64,000 nt of DNA from an uncultured Kiritimatiellota bacterium (lineage in GTDB: Bacteria > Verrucomicrobiota > Kiritimatiellia > RFP12 > DVOR01). The translations under genes and the position numbers were made by a program. Positions 25,294-36,603 of the stretch are shown one piece after another (within the stretch, counting starts at the first letter, position 1; each line of letters begins with the position of its first letter). Where the stretch lies: assembly GCA_944389565.1 (NCBI GenBank), contig CALXMV010000003.1:15416-79415 (forward strand), in the 5' to 3' direction. The notes beneath the pieces were generated by a model that saw only the letters and a program-made list of their open reading frames with translations, ran no database searches and was not told the DNA's origin.

Positions 25294-26657
25294 AAATCGC
25301 CCTCTGCTATCCGCCGATCCCCTCGCCCAAGGGCACGCCGCTGCTGAGCCAGAACCGCCAGTTCCAATGGTTCAGCCGCCCCACGGCCATCTATCCCGTC
25401 GTCCCGGCCTCGGCCGCGACGCTCCTCCGCGCCCATGGGCACGAGGTCCTGTGGCTGGACGGCATCGCCCGCGGAATGACGCCCGAGGCCTTCTGGCGCG
25501 ACCTGGAGGCTTGGCGCCCGGACGCCGTCTTCGTCGAGACCAAGACCCCGGTCGTGCGCTTCCATTGGCGGTGGGTCGCCGAGCTCAAGCGGCGGCTCCC
25601 CGGTTGCCTCGCCGTGATGGCGGGCGACCACGTCAGCGCCCTGCCTGACGAGACCCTCGCCAACGCCCCCGTCGACGCCGTCCTGCGTGGCGGCGACTAC
25701 GACTTCGCGTTGCTCGACTGGGCCGAGGGCCGCGCCACGCCCACACCCGTCGACCTGGCCGCGCTCCCGCAGATCGACCGCGCCCTCACCCGTTGGCGCG
25801 ATTACGCCTTCCGCAACGGCAACTTCGCCCGCACGCCCGGCGCGTACGTCATGTCCGCCCGAGACTGTTGGCATGGCCGGTGCGCGTTCTGCTCCTGGGC
25901 CGCGCTCTACCCCACCTACCGCGTCCGCCCCGTGGGGCAGGTGCTCGACGAACTCGGCCATTTGGCCGACCTCGGCGCCCGCGAGGTGATGGACGACGCC
26001 GGCAGCCAGCCCACCGGCGCCTGGCTCCGGGCGTTCTGCGAGGGCCTTCTCGCACGCGGCCTCCACAAACGTCTGCGCATCGATTGCAACCAGCGCTTCG
26101 GCGCGCTCGGCGCCGAAGACTACCGGCTCATGCGCCGCGCCGGTTACCGCATGGTGCTCTTCGGTGTGGAATCCGCGAACCAAGAGACGCTCGACCGCCT
26201 CGGCAAAAGCCTCACCCTGGAGCAGATCCGCGAGGGCGCGCGCCTGGCCTCCGAGGCAGGGCTGGACGTCCATGTCACCCTCATGTTCGGCTATCCGTGG
26301 GAGACCTACGCCGACGCCCGCCGTACCGCGACGCTCGGCCGCGAATTGCTTCGGCGCGGCCACGCGGCCTCCCTGCAGGCCACCTGGCTCGTCCCCTACC
26401 CCGGGACGCCCCTCTTCCGCGAACTCCGGGCCTCCGGCCAACTCCTCACCGAGGATTGGGACGCCTACGACATGCGCGGGCCCGTCATGCGCTCCCCGCT
26501 CACCGAGGCCGAGATCCGGGGGCTCATCGCCTGGGCCTACCGCGGCCACCTCCAGCCGCGCCCGATCCTCCGCGCGCTCACCCGCCCCGCCTTCGTCCCC
26601 AAGGCCGCCCGTGCGCTCTTCTCCCACCTTCGCGATTTCCGCGCCCCGACCCCTTAA
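25290..26657 (+). CDS. B12-binding-domain radical SAM protein
   Basis: N-terminal cobalamin-binding-like region, RDCWHGRCAFC, FGVESANQETL, MFGYPWET, PYPGTPLF. Confidence 0.85.
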   Translation: MKIALCYPPIPSPKGTPLLSQNRQFQWFSRPTAIYPVVPASAATLLRAHGHEVLWLDGIARGMTPEAFWRDLEAWRPDAVFVETKTPVVRFHWRWVAELKRRLPGCLAVMAGDHVSALPDETLANAPVDAVLRGGDYDFALLDWAEGRATPTPVDLAALPQIDRALTRWRDYAFRNGNFARTPGAYVMSARDCWHGRCAFCSWAALYPTYRVRPVGQVLDELGHLADLGAREVMDDAGSQPTGAWLRAFCEGLLARGLHKRLRIDCNQRFGALGAEDYRLMRRAGYRMVLFGVESANQETLDRLGKSLTLEQIREGARLASEAGLDVHVTLMFGYPWETYADARRTATLGRELLRRGHAASLQATWLVPYPGTPLFRELRASGQLLTEDWDAYDMRGPVMRSPLTEAEIRGLIAWAYRGHLQPRPILRALTRPAFVPKAARALFSHLRDFRAPTP

Positions 26658-26714
26658 GGGTTTGGGGCGAAAGTCGGGAGGGTTTGAGGGCAGACCCTTA
26701 AGGGTTTGGGGTCA
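26649..26714 (+). repeat. 22-bp-period G-rich repeat cluster, copy 3
   Basis: accccttaagggtttggggcga / aagtcgggagggtttgagggca / gacccttaagggtttggggtca; contains the TAA of the upstream gene. Confidence 0.8.
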
Positions 26715-27158
26715 GAGGGTGCGGCGGTAGGCCTCGTAGGCGGCGATGGAGACGGCGTTGGCGAGGTTGATGGAGCGGGCGTGCGGGCCGGGCATGGGGA
26801 TGCGGGCGAGACGGTCGGCGTAGCGCGCGTAATAGGGCGGGGGCAGACCGGAGGATTCCGAGCCGAAGACAAGCGCCCCATCGGGGTCGAGCGGGGTGTC
26901 GTAGAGGGAGCGGGTGGCCTTGGTGGAGAGGAAGCAGAGACCGCCGGGGCGGCGGTCGGCCAGGAAGTCCCCGAAGTCGTCGTAGAGCGTGAGGTCGAGG
27001 TGCTCCCAGTAATCGAGGCCGGCGCGGCGGATGTGGCGTTCGTCAAGGGCGAAGCCGAGCGGGCGAATCAGGACGAGCGGCCAGCCGAGGCCGACGCAGA
27101 GGCGGCCGATGGCACCGGTGTTGTGCGGGATCTCCGGATGCAGGAGGACGATGGTCAT
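26712..27158 (-). CDS. trmL: tRNA (cytidine/uridine-34-2'-O)-methyltransferase
   Basis: PEIPHNTGAIGRLC, RRAGLDYW, FGSESSGLP, RSINLANAV. Confidence 0.92.
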   Translation of the reverse strand: MTIVLLHPEIPHNTGAIGRLCVGLGWPLVLIRPLGFALDERHIRRAGLDYWEHLDLTLYDDFGDFLADRRPGGLCFLSTKATRSLYDTPLDPDGALVFGSESSGLPPPYYARYADRLARIPMPGPHARSINLANAVSIAAYEAYRRTL

Positions 27159-27163
27159 GGCGG

Positions 27164-29071
27164 TCAGTCCTCGCCGAGTGCCTTGTCCAGGAAGCGCCCG
27201 ACGAAGGTGGTGATCTTCCACGCGGGGTTGGCGATGGGGCCGGAGACGTTCACGCGCCAGAGGAATCGGTTGACGGGGACGGTGGCCCAGCGCGTGAGCG
27301 TGCCCATGACGGAATCGCGCTTGAAGTTCCCGGCGGTGACCTGCGCGGCGAGCGCGTCGGCGGGGAGGTCGTAGCGGGCGGGGCCCTCGATGGCGAGGAG
27401 GTCGCCGTCGAGCCGGAAATCGGGGATGTCGAAGACGCCCGCGTCGGCGGTGCCGACCAAACGCGCGACGGAGGAATCGGTGATGGCGGAGACGCCGGGG
27501 ATGTGCTCGGCGAGGAGGTTCGTAAGGCCGGCGAAAAGCGGCAGACGGAAGAGATTGCCGGAGAGGGTGACGTCGTACTCGGCATGGATGGATTCCGGGA
27601 AGGTCTCATCCGTCCGCGCCCGGAGGTCGATGAACCCGGTGGCCACGCTGTTGGTGAGCGAGTCGAGGCCGAAGGGCGTGAGCAGGTCGCCCAGCGAGGC
27701 CTCATCGAGCCGCACGGCCGCAGAGCAATCGGCATAATCGCCGGAGGCGGAGATGGCGAAGGAGACCTCGCCGGAGACCTTGCCGCCTTGGGGAAGGGTG
27801 GCGCGCAGTCCGCGCAGGGCGAAGACGCCATTGGTCATGGCGAGCGTGGCGGAGGCGGAGGCGAGGGGGACGGGGCCGACGGTGCACCCCGCGGGCGCCT
27901 CGACGTAACCCTGGAAGTTGACGGACGCGGGGGTCGTCTCGGCGTACAGGGGGAGGGAGCCGGCGAGGGTGAGGAAGGGCGGTGCGGCACAGGCGAGGGC
28001 GGGGATCGCCTCGGTGACGGAGGGGGCGTCGATGATGCGGAAACATTCCGCCGGGCTGAGTGCCTTGCTCTCGACACGAAAGACGAAGCGGTCGGAGGGG
28101 ATGTGGAAGCGCAGGGCCGCGATGGCCGCGATGTCACCGCCGCGGCGGATGACCAGAGGGGCGATATCGGTGACGCTGTCCCACATGCCAGAGGTGCGGA
28201 TGGTGCATTGCGCCTCGTCGAAGGGGACGCCCAGGTACGTGCCGCCCTCGGCGGAGACTAGGTCGATGCGCAGGTCAAAGAGGTCACGGGCGGGGTCGAA
28301 GCCCACGGTGAACGCGCAGTCGCCCCATGCCGGGGCTTTGAGGGCGAAGTTGTTGGAGTATTCCTCGATGATGGGGAAGTCGATGGCGCGCCAGAGACCG
28401 TTGAGGCGGGTCTGCATGAGAAAGCCCCGGATGGTGGCGGAGACCTTGGCGTCGTGGATATCGACGACGACGTCGGCGTCGATGTGCTGGCGGGCGTCGC
28501 CCTCGACCTCGGCCCGGAGATTGCGGAAGCGCAACGTACCCCCCTCGCCGGTCAGATTGCCCGTGAGGCGCAACGCCTTGATCTCCAGGATGTCGGGGCG
28601 GTTGAGGGTGAGGCGGACGTTCCGGAACTGCGGGACGGGCACGCCGGAGAGATCCGGGAAGGGTTTCTCCTCGCCGCCCGCATCCGCAGACGGCGTTTCC
28701 TCCTCCCCGTACTCGATCTGGGCGACGTAGAGGTCATCGACCGTGGCGTCGCGGAGGCGTTCGGCGAACGGCCCCCCGCCCATGAGGCGTAGCCCGAAGG
28801 CGCCCCGCGAGAAGCTGCCGAGCACCTTCCCGCCGGGATCGCGGAAGGCGACTTCCATGAGCACAAGCCCCCCGCCGGGGCGGAAGGCCACGCGTTCGAC
28901 GGTCAGGCGGCCGAAATCCGCCGGGATCGCGTCGTCCACAAACCCTTGGAGCCAGGCTCCGGGGATGCCATAGGCCGCAGCGCAAAGGGCGAGGATGGCG
29001 AGCACGGCCAGAAAGCCCACCAACCACAGGAGGGCGTGAAGACCTTGGAGCAACGGCCGCAGGAGCGCCAT
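27164..29071 (-). CDS. AsmA-like C-terminal domain protein
   Basis: N-terminal TM anchor, beta-rich body, LFRLPLFAGL...NVSGPIANPAW C-terminus. Confidence 0.65.
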   Translation of the reverse strand: MALLRPLLQGLHALLWLVGFLAVLAILALCAAAYGIPGAWLQGFVDDAIPADFGRLTVERVAFRPGGGLVLMEVAFRDPGGKVLGSFSRGAFGLRLMGGGPFAERLRDATVDDLYVAQIEYGEEETPSADAGGEEKPFPDLSGVPVPQFRNVRLTLNRPDILEIKALRLTGNLTGEGGTLRFRNLRAEVEGDARQHIDADVVVDIHDAKVSATIRGFLMQTRLNGLWRAIDFPIIEEYSNNFALKAPAWGDCAFTVGFDPARDLFDLRIDLVSAEGGTYLGVPFDEAQCTIRTSGMWDSVTDIAPLVIRRGGDIAAIAALRFHIPSDRFVFRVESKALSPAECFRIIDAPSVTEAIPALACAAPPFLTLAGSLPLYAETTPASVNFQGYVEAPAGCTVGPVPLASASATLAMTNGVFALRGLRATLPQGGKVSGEVSFAISASGDYADCSAAVRLDEASLGDLLTPFGLDSLTNSVATGFIDLRARTDETFPESIHAEYDVTLSGNLFRLPLFAGLTNLLAEHIPGVSAITDSSVARLVGTADAGVFDIPDFRLDGDLLAIEGPARYDLPADALAAQVTAGNFKRDSVMGTLTRWATVPVNRFLWRVNVSGPIANPAWKITTFVGRFLDKALGED

Positions 29072-29086
29072 GACGGGGAGTCTGGC

Positions 29087-29728
29087 TCAGCGCGTCGGCG
29101 CGGCGGCCTTCGCGGGCGCGGCCTCGGCAGGTTTGGGTTCGGGGGGGAGAGGCCCCTCGCCGACAAGGATGGAGGCCTTGAGCGGGGAACGGCCGTCCGT
29201 GGCGGCGCGGACGGTGAGCGTCCAACGCGGCGGCGTCCCCTCGGCGCGGACGATCTCGGCCTTGGGGTCGGCGGCGATGACGTACCAGTCGCCGGCGTCG
29301 GCGACGAGCGCGGGGCGCCCGGCCCAGGCCTTGACGGAGCAGGGGGGGAGGGGCGCGGCCTTGAGAAGATCGAAGACAAGCCGCGTCCGGGGCAGGACGC
29401 CGGTGGGGGTGGCGGTGACGGTGAAGGCCTGGACGGGGCGGGGCTCTGCGGCAGTCTGGGGCTTCTGGGAGAGGGTGAGGAGGGTCTTGACCCACCCGCT
29501 GGGATGCTCGGCGCCATCCATCTCGGCGATGAGCAAACCGTCGCGCTCATGGACGCGCACGGGGGCGGAGTCCCACCTGGCGCGGCTCATGGCGGCCCAA
29601 GATTTGCCGGTGGCCTGCTCGGTGAGCGTGGGCGCCAGGCAGGCCTCGGCGACGGCGGCGGGGAGTTCGGCGCGCACGGCCGCGGCGACGGGCAGCGCGG
29701 TGAGTAGAAGAAACGCACGGGCATTCAT
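29087..29728 (-). CDS. Hypothetical secreted protein
   Basis: Signal-peptide-like MNARAFLLLTALPVAAAVRA; GGAGG RBS; operon position. Confidence 0.6.
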   Translation of the reverse strand: MNARAFLLLTALPVAAAVRAELPAAVAEACLAPTLTEQATGKSWAAMSRARWDSAPVRVHERDGLLIAEMDGAEHPSGWVKTLLTLSQKPQTAAEPRPVQAFTVTATPTGVLPRTRLVFDLLKAAPLPPCSVKAWAGRPALVADAGDWYVIAADPKAEIVRAEGTPPRWTLTVRAATDGRSPLKASILVGEGPLPPEPKPAEAAPAKAAAPTR

Positions 29729-29733
29729 GGGTC

Positions 29734-30604
<871 letters not shown>

Positions 30605-30615
<11 letters not shown>

Positions 30616-32428
30616 CGCCTTCCTTTCCGGGCGTCGCCGCCTTGTCGCGGGTCAGCCGCATGATGACGCCGCCCGCGCCGAGGTTCCTGAGCCCCAGGAG
30701 CACGAGCAACTTGCCGATCAGGCTCTCCGAGTGGCAGCTCAGCAGGGTGGCCTTGAGGCCGAACTTGCGGCTGAAATCGTAGAAGTCCTTGAGCGTGCAG
30801 TTGTGGATGTTGGGCGTGTCGAACCAGTCGTAGGGGAAGGACTTGGTGCGCGGCATCCGCCCCAGGAAAAAGAGTTGCGCGCGCATCCCCAGGTAACCAA
30901 AGTTCGGGAAGGCGATCAACGCCCAGTCCGACACCCGCAGGAGGCGCTCCATCATCAGGTCCGGGCGGTTGAGCACCTGGATGGTGTGCGAGATGATGGA
31001 GACGTCGAAGAGGTGGTCGGGGATGTACTTCAGCTCGGTGTCGATGTTGGCCATGAGGACGTTCACGCCGGCGTGGAGCGCCTCGATGACGCGCTCTAGG
31101 TCGCGCTCCAGGCCGATGCACCACGCGTGGCGCGTCAGGGCCACCTGCTTCAGGAGCGTCCCGTCGCCGCACCCGAGGTCCAGCACCCGAGCCCCCTCCG
31201 GCACCTGCCTCACGAAATCCCCGAAAAACTCGGCCTTGCGCGGGTCGAGCGTCGAGGGGTCGCGCACGTCCGTCGCCGTGAGGAAGGAGCGGATGACGGC
31301 CTTGAGTTCGTCGATCTGCGCGAGGAAGGCGTCGTGGCCCATCGGCGCGCGGAGATGGCAATACGAGATGTCCTTGCGCTCGTTGAGGCAGGCGCCCACG
31401 AGCCGCCCGGCCTGCTCGCGCGTGAAGAGCCAGTCGCCGCTCAGGCTCACGAGCAGGAGCTTGGACTGGATCTGGCGGACGGCGGCCTCCAGCGAGCCGA
31501 AGGTCTCCTCCGGGTCGTAGGCGTCCAGCGCGTGCGTGATGTAAAGGTAACTGTTCGCGTCGAACCGCCGCACGAACTTCTGCCCTTGGTATTCCAGATA
31601 GGACTCGATCTGGTAATAGGTCCTGAAGTCCCGGCGCATCCGCGCATGGAAATCCTGGTCGCCCTCCACCCAGTCCTTGCGCTTGTCCCGGCCGAACTTC
31701 TCGTCCATGCCCTGCTGGGAGAGGTAGGTGATGTGCGCCAGGCGCCGCGCGTTGGCCAGCCCAGAGACGGGCCGCGCGCCGCCGTAATACTCGCCGTGCC
31801 GCCAATTGGGATCCTGGATGATGGCCTGCCGCGCCACGATGTCAAAGGCCAGTGCCTGCGTGTTCAACCGCGCGGCCGTCGCCACCAGCACGCACCGCGC
31901 CATGTCCCGCGGGTAACGGATGGCCCATTCCAAGGCCAGCACGCCCCCGAAGCTGCCGCCCACCACCGCCGCGATCCGCCGGAAACCCAGCTGCCGCAGA
32001 AGCGCCCGCTGCACCATCACGATGTCGCCCATCGTGATCTCCGGGAAGGCCGAGGCGTAAGGCTTGCCCGTCTCCGGATTGACCGAGCCCGGGCCGGTCG
32101 TCCCCGAGCAACCGCCCAGGATGTTCGCGCAGACCACGCAGAAGCGCTCCGTGTCGATCCCCGCGCCGGGGCCGATCATCCCCTCCCACCAACCGCTCGG
32201 CTTATCCACGCCGGGACGCTCCCCGGGGCGGTAGCCCACCACGTGCGCGTCACCCGTCAGCGCGTGGCAGATGAAGACGACGTTCGCGCCCGATGGCTCG
32301 GGCGGCACGCCCACCATCTCATAACGCACCGTCACCTCCGGCAACGTGCCGCCGCGCTCGAAGCGCCACCCGCCCTCCGGCGGGTCCAAACGCACGTCAT
32401 GCGCCTCCACTATGCCAATCGCGCTCAA
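30605..32428 (-). CDS. metX: Homoserine O-acyltransferase MetX fused to a MetW-like methyltransferase domain
   Basis: CHALTGDAH, ANILGGCSGTTGP, GGSFGG, RRFDANSY, GHDAFL; then VLDLGCGDG...AFPNFGY...GRMPRTKSFPYDWFDTPNIH (MetW). Confidence 0.9.
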
Positions 32429-32468
32429 TCCGATATCCTCTCCTTAGGTTCGCAAGTATACCACATTT

Positions 32469-33632
32469 TCACCCACGCGCCCGCACGACCGGGAAACCCA
32501 ACGCCCGGAGCTTGGGTGCCACGGTCGCGGGGGGCCGGATCAGGCGCACCTTCGTGGCGGGGAAGAGCCGGCGATGCGGGTAGTCGCGGCGGAGCGCGTC
32601 GAAACGGGCCCGGCGCGTCGCCGGATCGTCGGAATAGGCGGCGCGGAAACGGGCGGTGTCGCCCTCGATGTCGCACGCGGCGCGCACGGCCCGGCGCAGG
32701 ATCTGCGCGTCCGTGAGCCCGGCGCAATCGATCGTCAGCGTGGGGGTGGGTGCCGGGGGCAGGCGCGGCGACGGGCCGGGCTCCACGCCCAGGAAGTCGC
32801 ACGCCTCGTGGTAGACGGCGAGCGTGCCGTTGGCGCGGCCCTCGAAGGCGTGCCCGGCGACGTGCGGCGTGGCCAGCGCCGCCACGGCGGCCAGCTCGGC
32901 GGGATAGTCCGGCTCGCCCTCCCAGCAATCGATGGCGGCGTCGGCGAGCAACCCCGCGCCGACCATCGTGGCCACGAGCGCGTCGTCGCAGATCGGCCCG
33001 CGGGCGAAATTGAGAAGCGTGGCGCCGGGCTTGACGCGCCGAACCGCCGCCCCCGCGAAAAGGCCGCGCGTGCGGTAGGGGCCGTCCTCGTTGAGCGGCG
33101 TGTGCAGGGTGATGACGTCCGCCTCCTCCAGCACGCGCGCGAAAGGCACGAAGTCGCGGGCGCACCAATCGCCGTCATCCTGCCGCGGCGGGTCGCAGCA
33201 GAGCGTCCGCATCCCGAGCGCCTCCTCCGCGAAACGCTTGACGATGGAGCCCACGTGCCCCACCCCGACGATGCCGAGCGTGGCGCCGGCCCAATCGCGT
33301 CCCTGCCGCTCGCCCAACGCCAGGAGCGCGGCGACGACGTAATCCGCCACGCTCTCCGCGTTGCACCCCGGCGCGGTCGCCACGCGGATTCCCAACGCGC
33401 GGAGCGCAGCGAAGTCGATATGGTCCGTGCCGGCGACGCCGCTGCCGACGAAGCGCACGGGCGTGCCCTCGAGCAGGTCGCGGGTGAGCCGGCAGGTGGA
33501 GCGGACGAAGAGCAGGTCGCACCCGGCGAGGTCGGCGCGGGTCAGCGTGCGGCCATCGACGGCGCGGGCGCGGCCGAGGCGCGGGAAAAGCCGCGCCCCC
33601 AGCGTCATGTTGCGGTCATACAGGATGTTCAC
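32469..33632 (-). CDS. pdxB: 4-phosphoerythronate dehydrogenase
   Basis: LFVRS, GTDHID, APGCNAESVADYV, GIVGVGHVG, CDPPR, LHTPL, DCWEGEP, TPHVAG, LRRDYPHRR; GTG start overlaps the hslO stop. Confidence 0.88.
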   Translation of the reverse strand: MNILYDRNMTLGARLFPRLGRARAVDGRTLTRADLAGCDLLFVRSTCRLTRDLLEGTPVRFVGSGVAGTDHIDFAALRALGIRVATAPGCNAESVADYVVAALLALGERQGRDWAGATLGIVGVGHVGSIVKRFAEEALGMRTLCCDPPRQDDGDWCARDFVPFARVLEEADVITLHTPLNEDGPYRTRGLFAGAAVRRVKPGATLLNFARGPICDDALVATMVGAGLLADAAIDCWEGEPDYPAELAAVAALATPHVAGHAFEGRANGTLAVYHEACDFLGVEPGPSPRLPPAPTPTLTIDCAGLTDAQILRRAVRAACDIEGDTARFRAAYSDDPATRRARFDALRRDYPHRRLFPATKVRLIRPPATVAPKLRALGFPVVRARG

Positions 33633-34534
33633 GACAAGTCCTTGAGTTGCGCGGGGGTGATGGTGTAGCACTTGCCGCACATATGGCAATAGATGTCGAT
33701 CGGGCGGTTCTCGGCGATCATGGCGAGGCGTTCGGCGCGCGGCAGGCCGCGGAGCATGGCGACCACCTTGTCCGCGGTGCAGTCGCAACGAAAGCGCACG
33801 GGCCACTGCTCGAGCTCCTCCGGCTCGCCCAGCCCGAGCAGCCGTCCCAACGCGGCTAGGTCGGCGCCCGCGTCGAGCGCGTCCTGCACGGTCCCGCTGT
33901 CGAAGGCGGCGTTCAGGCGGCCAAGCGCCTCCGTCGCGTCGGCGCCGAACGCATGGCGGCAGCGCAACGCGTGCGCGCACTCCACGTAGCCCAGTTTGCT
34001 CGCGGCGGAGATCTGCGCGATGGATTCCGTGGCGTCATCCCCGAGCCCCCATGCGTCGAAACACGCCTCGAAGATGTCGGTCACGGTGAGATGGTCCTTG
34101 AAGGAGACTTCGCCGGGCAGGAAGGCCATATGGTGTTCGCCATGCCAGATATCGAGGGCGTAACGCGCGACACGCCCCAGCGCGCGGTCGAAAAGGTCGT
34201 CGCACGGGGCGTCGGAGTCGTCGAGCTCCGGGAGCACCTTGCGCAGGGTGTAGCCGCGGATCGAGAAGTCCCCCCGGCATTCCATGACGACCCCCTGGAT
34301 CTGCCCCTCGGGGAACTCGACGCGCAGCACCGCCCGCTCCCCCTCCTCCTGGACATCCTCGGCCAAGAGCGCCATCCCGCCCACGAACTCGGCCTGCACA
34401 AGCCCCGCGATGGGGCCGCACAGATGATTCCGCTCCAACGCGCGGGCGGTGTCGGTGACGTTGGCCAGGACCAAGGTCGCCTGCGCCTCCGGGAACCGCG
34501 CCCGGCACACACGGTCAAGCGACGACACGTTCAT
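33629..34534 (-). CDS. hslO: Hsp33 family redox chaperone
   Basis: HLCGPIA, IRGY, C-terminal RFRCDC...YCHMCGKCY zinc motif. Confidence 0.8.
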   Translation of the reverse strand: MNVSSLDRVCRARFPEAQATLVLANVTDTARALERNHLCGPIAGLVQAEFVGGMALLAEDVQEEGERAVLRVEFPEGQIQGVVMECRGDFSIRGYTLRKVLPELDDSDAPCDDLFDRALGRVARYALDIWHGEHHMAFLPGEVSFKDHLTVTDIFEACFDAWGLGDDATESIAQISAASKLGYVECAHALRCRHAFGADATEALGRLNAAFDSGTVQDALDAGADLAALGRLLGLGEPEELEQWPVRFRCDCTADKVVAMLRGLPRAERLAMIAENRPIDIYCHMCGKCYTITPAQLKDLS

Positions 34535-35568
34535 GCGTAAACCTCCTCGGCCCATTCGTACGGTTCGCTGTAGGCGCGGCCGAAGAGCGTCTCCAGCATG
34601 AAGCGCAGGACGCGTTCCCCGCCGAAGCGCGCGTGATAGGCCGCCCGGCCCGCCGCGGCGACGGCACGGCGGGCCTCGTCGTGCGCCTGGTACCAGCGCA
34701 GACGCTCCACCAAGTCGGGCACGTCATGGAAAAAGAGCGCCTCGCGCTCCGAGAAAAAGCGCTGCATCTGGTCGCCGTCGTACACCGCCGTGAGGATGCC
34801 CGACCCCATCAGATGGGCGATCCGGTCGGAGGAGTACCACTTCATCCCGAAGTAACGGTTGATGTTCAGCCCCATCTTCGCGCCCGCCAGGAGCGTGTCG
34901 TAGGCCGCGCCGCCGACGACCGGTGGCCGCCCGCCCATCCCCACCAGCGCGAAGCGCAGATCCGTCCGCGCCAAGGCCTCCGTCAGCCTTCGGACGAACT
35001 CCAGCCGCGGGTCGCCCGGGCGCGGCTGCCCGGCGTAGAAGAGGTCGCACGCGAAGTCGCCCGCCGGGCGCGCGCTGTTGTCGAGCGTCTCCAACGCGGG
35101 GTCCGAGGGGTTGGGCATGTAGGCCACCACGTTCCGGCCCGTGAGGAAGGGGCGGAGGCGCTCGGCGCCGGCGGTGGTCGCGAAGAGCGCGTCGCAGCTC
35201 GCCATCCGCTCGCGCATCTGCGCCTGCGGGTGGGCGTCGCACATCGGGTCGACGTTGAAATGCGCGATGCGCACCCCCGGGACCGCCTCGCGGATGGCGT
35301 CGAGGGTCGCGTTGCGGATGAAGTCGCAATGGCCCAGTAGCACCGCGTCGGGGCGGAAGTTGCGGGCTGTCTCCAGCAACGCGCCGTTCACGCGCCATTC
35401 GCCCAAGGCCCGGATGCCGAAGCCCATGTAACGGGCCAGGTCGCGGTCGGAGAACTCGCACAGGCGGTGGTTCCCGCGCACGGCCCCGCACGCCAACGCC
35501 CGGCCCGGCCCCATGCGGAGCCGCCCGTAGCGCCGGATCAACAGATTGTCCACCAGAAGCACACGCAT
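34531..35568 (-). CDS. Glycosyltransferase (CgeB/Glyco_trans_1_2-like)
   Basis: ARNFRPDAVLLGH, AKMGLNINR...YSSDRIAHLMGSG, DEARRAVAAAGR. Confidence 0.78.
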   Translation of the reverse strand: MRVLLVDNLLIRRYGRLRMGPGRALACGAVRGNHRLCEFSDRDLARYMGFGIRALGEWRVNGALLETARNFRPDAVLLGHCDFIRNATLDAIREAVPGVRIAHFNVDPMCDAHPQAQMRERMASCDALFATTAGAERLRPFLTGRNVVAYMPNPSDPALETLDNSARPAGDFACDLFYAGQPRPGDPRLEFVRRLTEALARTDLRFALVGMGGRPPVVGGAAYDTLLAGAKMGLNINRYFGMKWYSSDRIAHLMGSGILTAVYDGDQMQRFFSEREALFFHDVPDLVERLRWYQAHDEARRAVAAAGRAAYHARFGGERVLRFMLETLFGRAYSEPYEWAEEVYA

Positions 35569-35581
35569 CGCGCCCTCCTTC

Positions 35582-36583
35582 TCACCCCACCTCGCCCAGC
35601 CTGGCCGCCGCCCCCGGCACGTGCCCGGGCCGGACGGTCAGATTGGCCAACAACACCTCCGCCCGCGCGGGAACCGACCAGTCGCGCCCCGTGGCGAGCG
35701 CCGCGCGGCCGATCGCCGGCGCGGGCCGCTCCCCCGCGCCGAGCGCACGCCCGAGCACGGGGATCCCCTCGCGCGAGAAGGCCACCCAGCTCCCGCCCGT
35801 CGCGTTGAGCGGCCCCCGCCACAACGCGGGATGCCGCCGGAAGAAATCGATCTCCGCCCCCGGCGCGTCCACCGCGCACGCATAGGCCACCGGGCGCCCC
35901 CGCACATACGCCCCCATGTCGAAGAAGCCCCGCCCCGCCTGTTCGCGGAAGGCGTCGCACGGATCCACGCCATAAAGGTTCGCCCCGTTCCAGATGCCGT
36001 GCTGCGGGTCGATCAGCGGGTAATGCACGTTCATCACCACCCCGATCTCGAAGTGCAGGTGCGCCCGCGCCAAAGGGAAGTCCGGCGTGTGCCCCATCAC
36101 CCCCAGCGGCGTGCCCGCCGCCGCCCGCGCCCCCGCGCGAAGCCCCCGCGCCGTGCGCCGCAGGTGCGCGTAGAGCGTGTAGACCGTGCCGAAGCCCGCC
36201 ACCGCGTGCGTCAGCACCACGTAGTTCCCGTAAAGCGAGGGATTGTCCGCGTGCCGGTTCACATACGCCACCACGCCGTCGGCCGCCGCGCGCACCACGT
36301 CCGTCGGCGACTCGTCTCGCCGCCACGGCTGCGCCGGCGCGATGTCGATTCCCTCATGGAAACGCGGCGAACCGTCCGCGAAGCGCCGCACGTTCCCGAA
36401 CATCCCGCTCTCGGGGCGGCCCGTCCCCGTGTCCATGAAGACCCCCTCCCGGCGCGAGCCGTCCAACACCCGCTGCCCGTCCGTCGGCGGCCGCAACGCC
36501 AACCCGCGCGGAGACGGCGCCCCGCCCGCGCGGAACGCCATCGCCCCGCCCAGAAGCCCCAGAAAAGCACGTCTCCGCAACAT
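35582..36583 (-). CDS. M23 family metallopeptidase with Tat signal
   Basis: MLRRRAFL Tat motif; HEGID, YGNYVVLTH, YAHL, HLHFEI; TGGTATACT promoter at ~36590. Confidence 0.85.
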   Translation of the reverse strand: MLRRRAFLGLLGGAMAFRAGGAPSPRGLALRPPTDGQRVLDGSRREGVFMDTGTGRPESGMFGNVRRFADGSPRFHEGIDIAPAQPWRRDESPTDVVRAAADGVVAYVNRHADNPSLYGNYVVLTHAVAGFGTVYTLYAHLRRTARGLRAGARAAAGTPLGVMGHTPDFPLARAHLHFEIGVVMNVHYPLIDPQHGIWNGANLYGVDPCDAFREQAGRGFFDMGAYVRGRPVAYACAVDAPGAEIDFFRRHPALWRGPLNATGGSWVAFSREGIPVLGRALGAGERPAPAIGRAALATGRDWSVPARAEVLLANLTVRPGHVPGAAARLGEVG

Positions 36584-36603
36584 GGCGCAAGTATACCACA
36601 ATT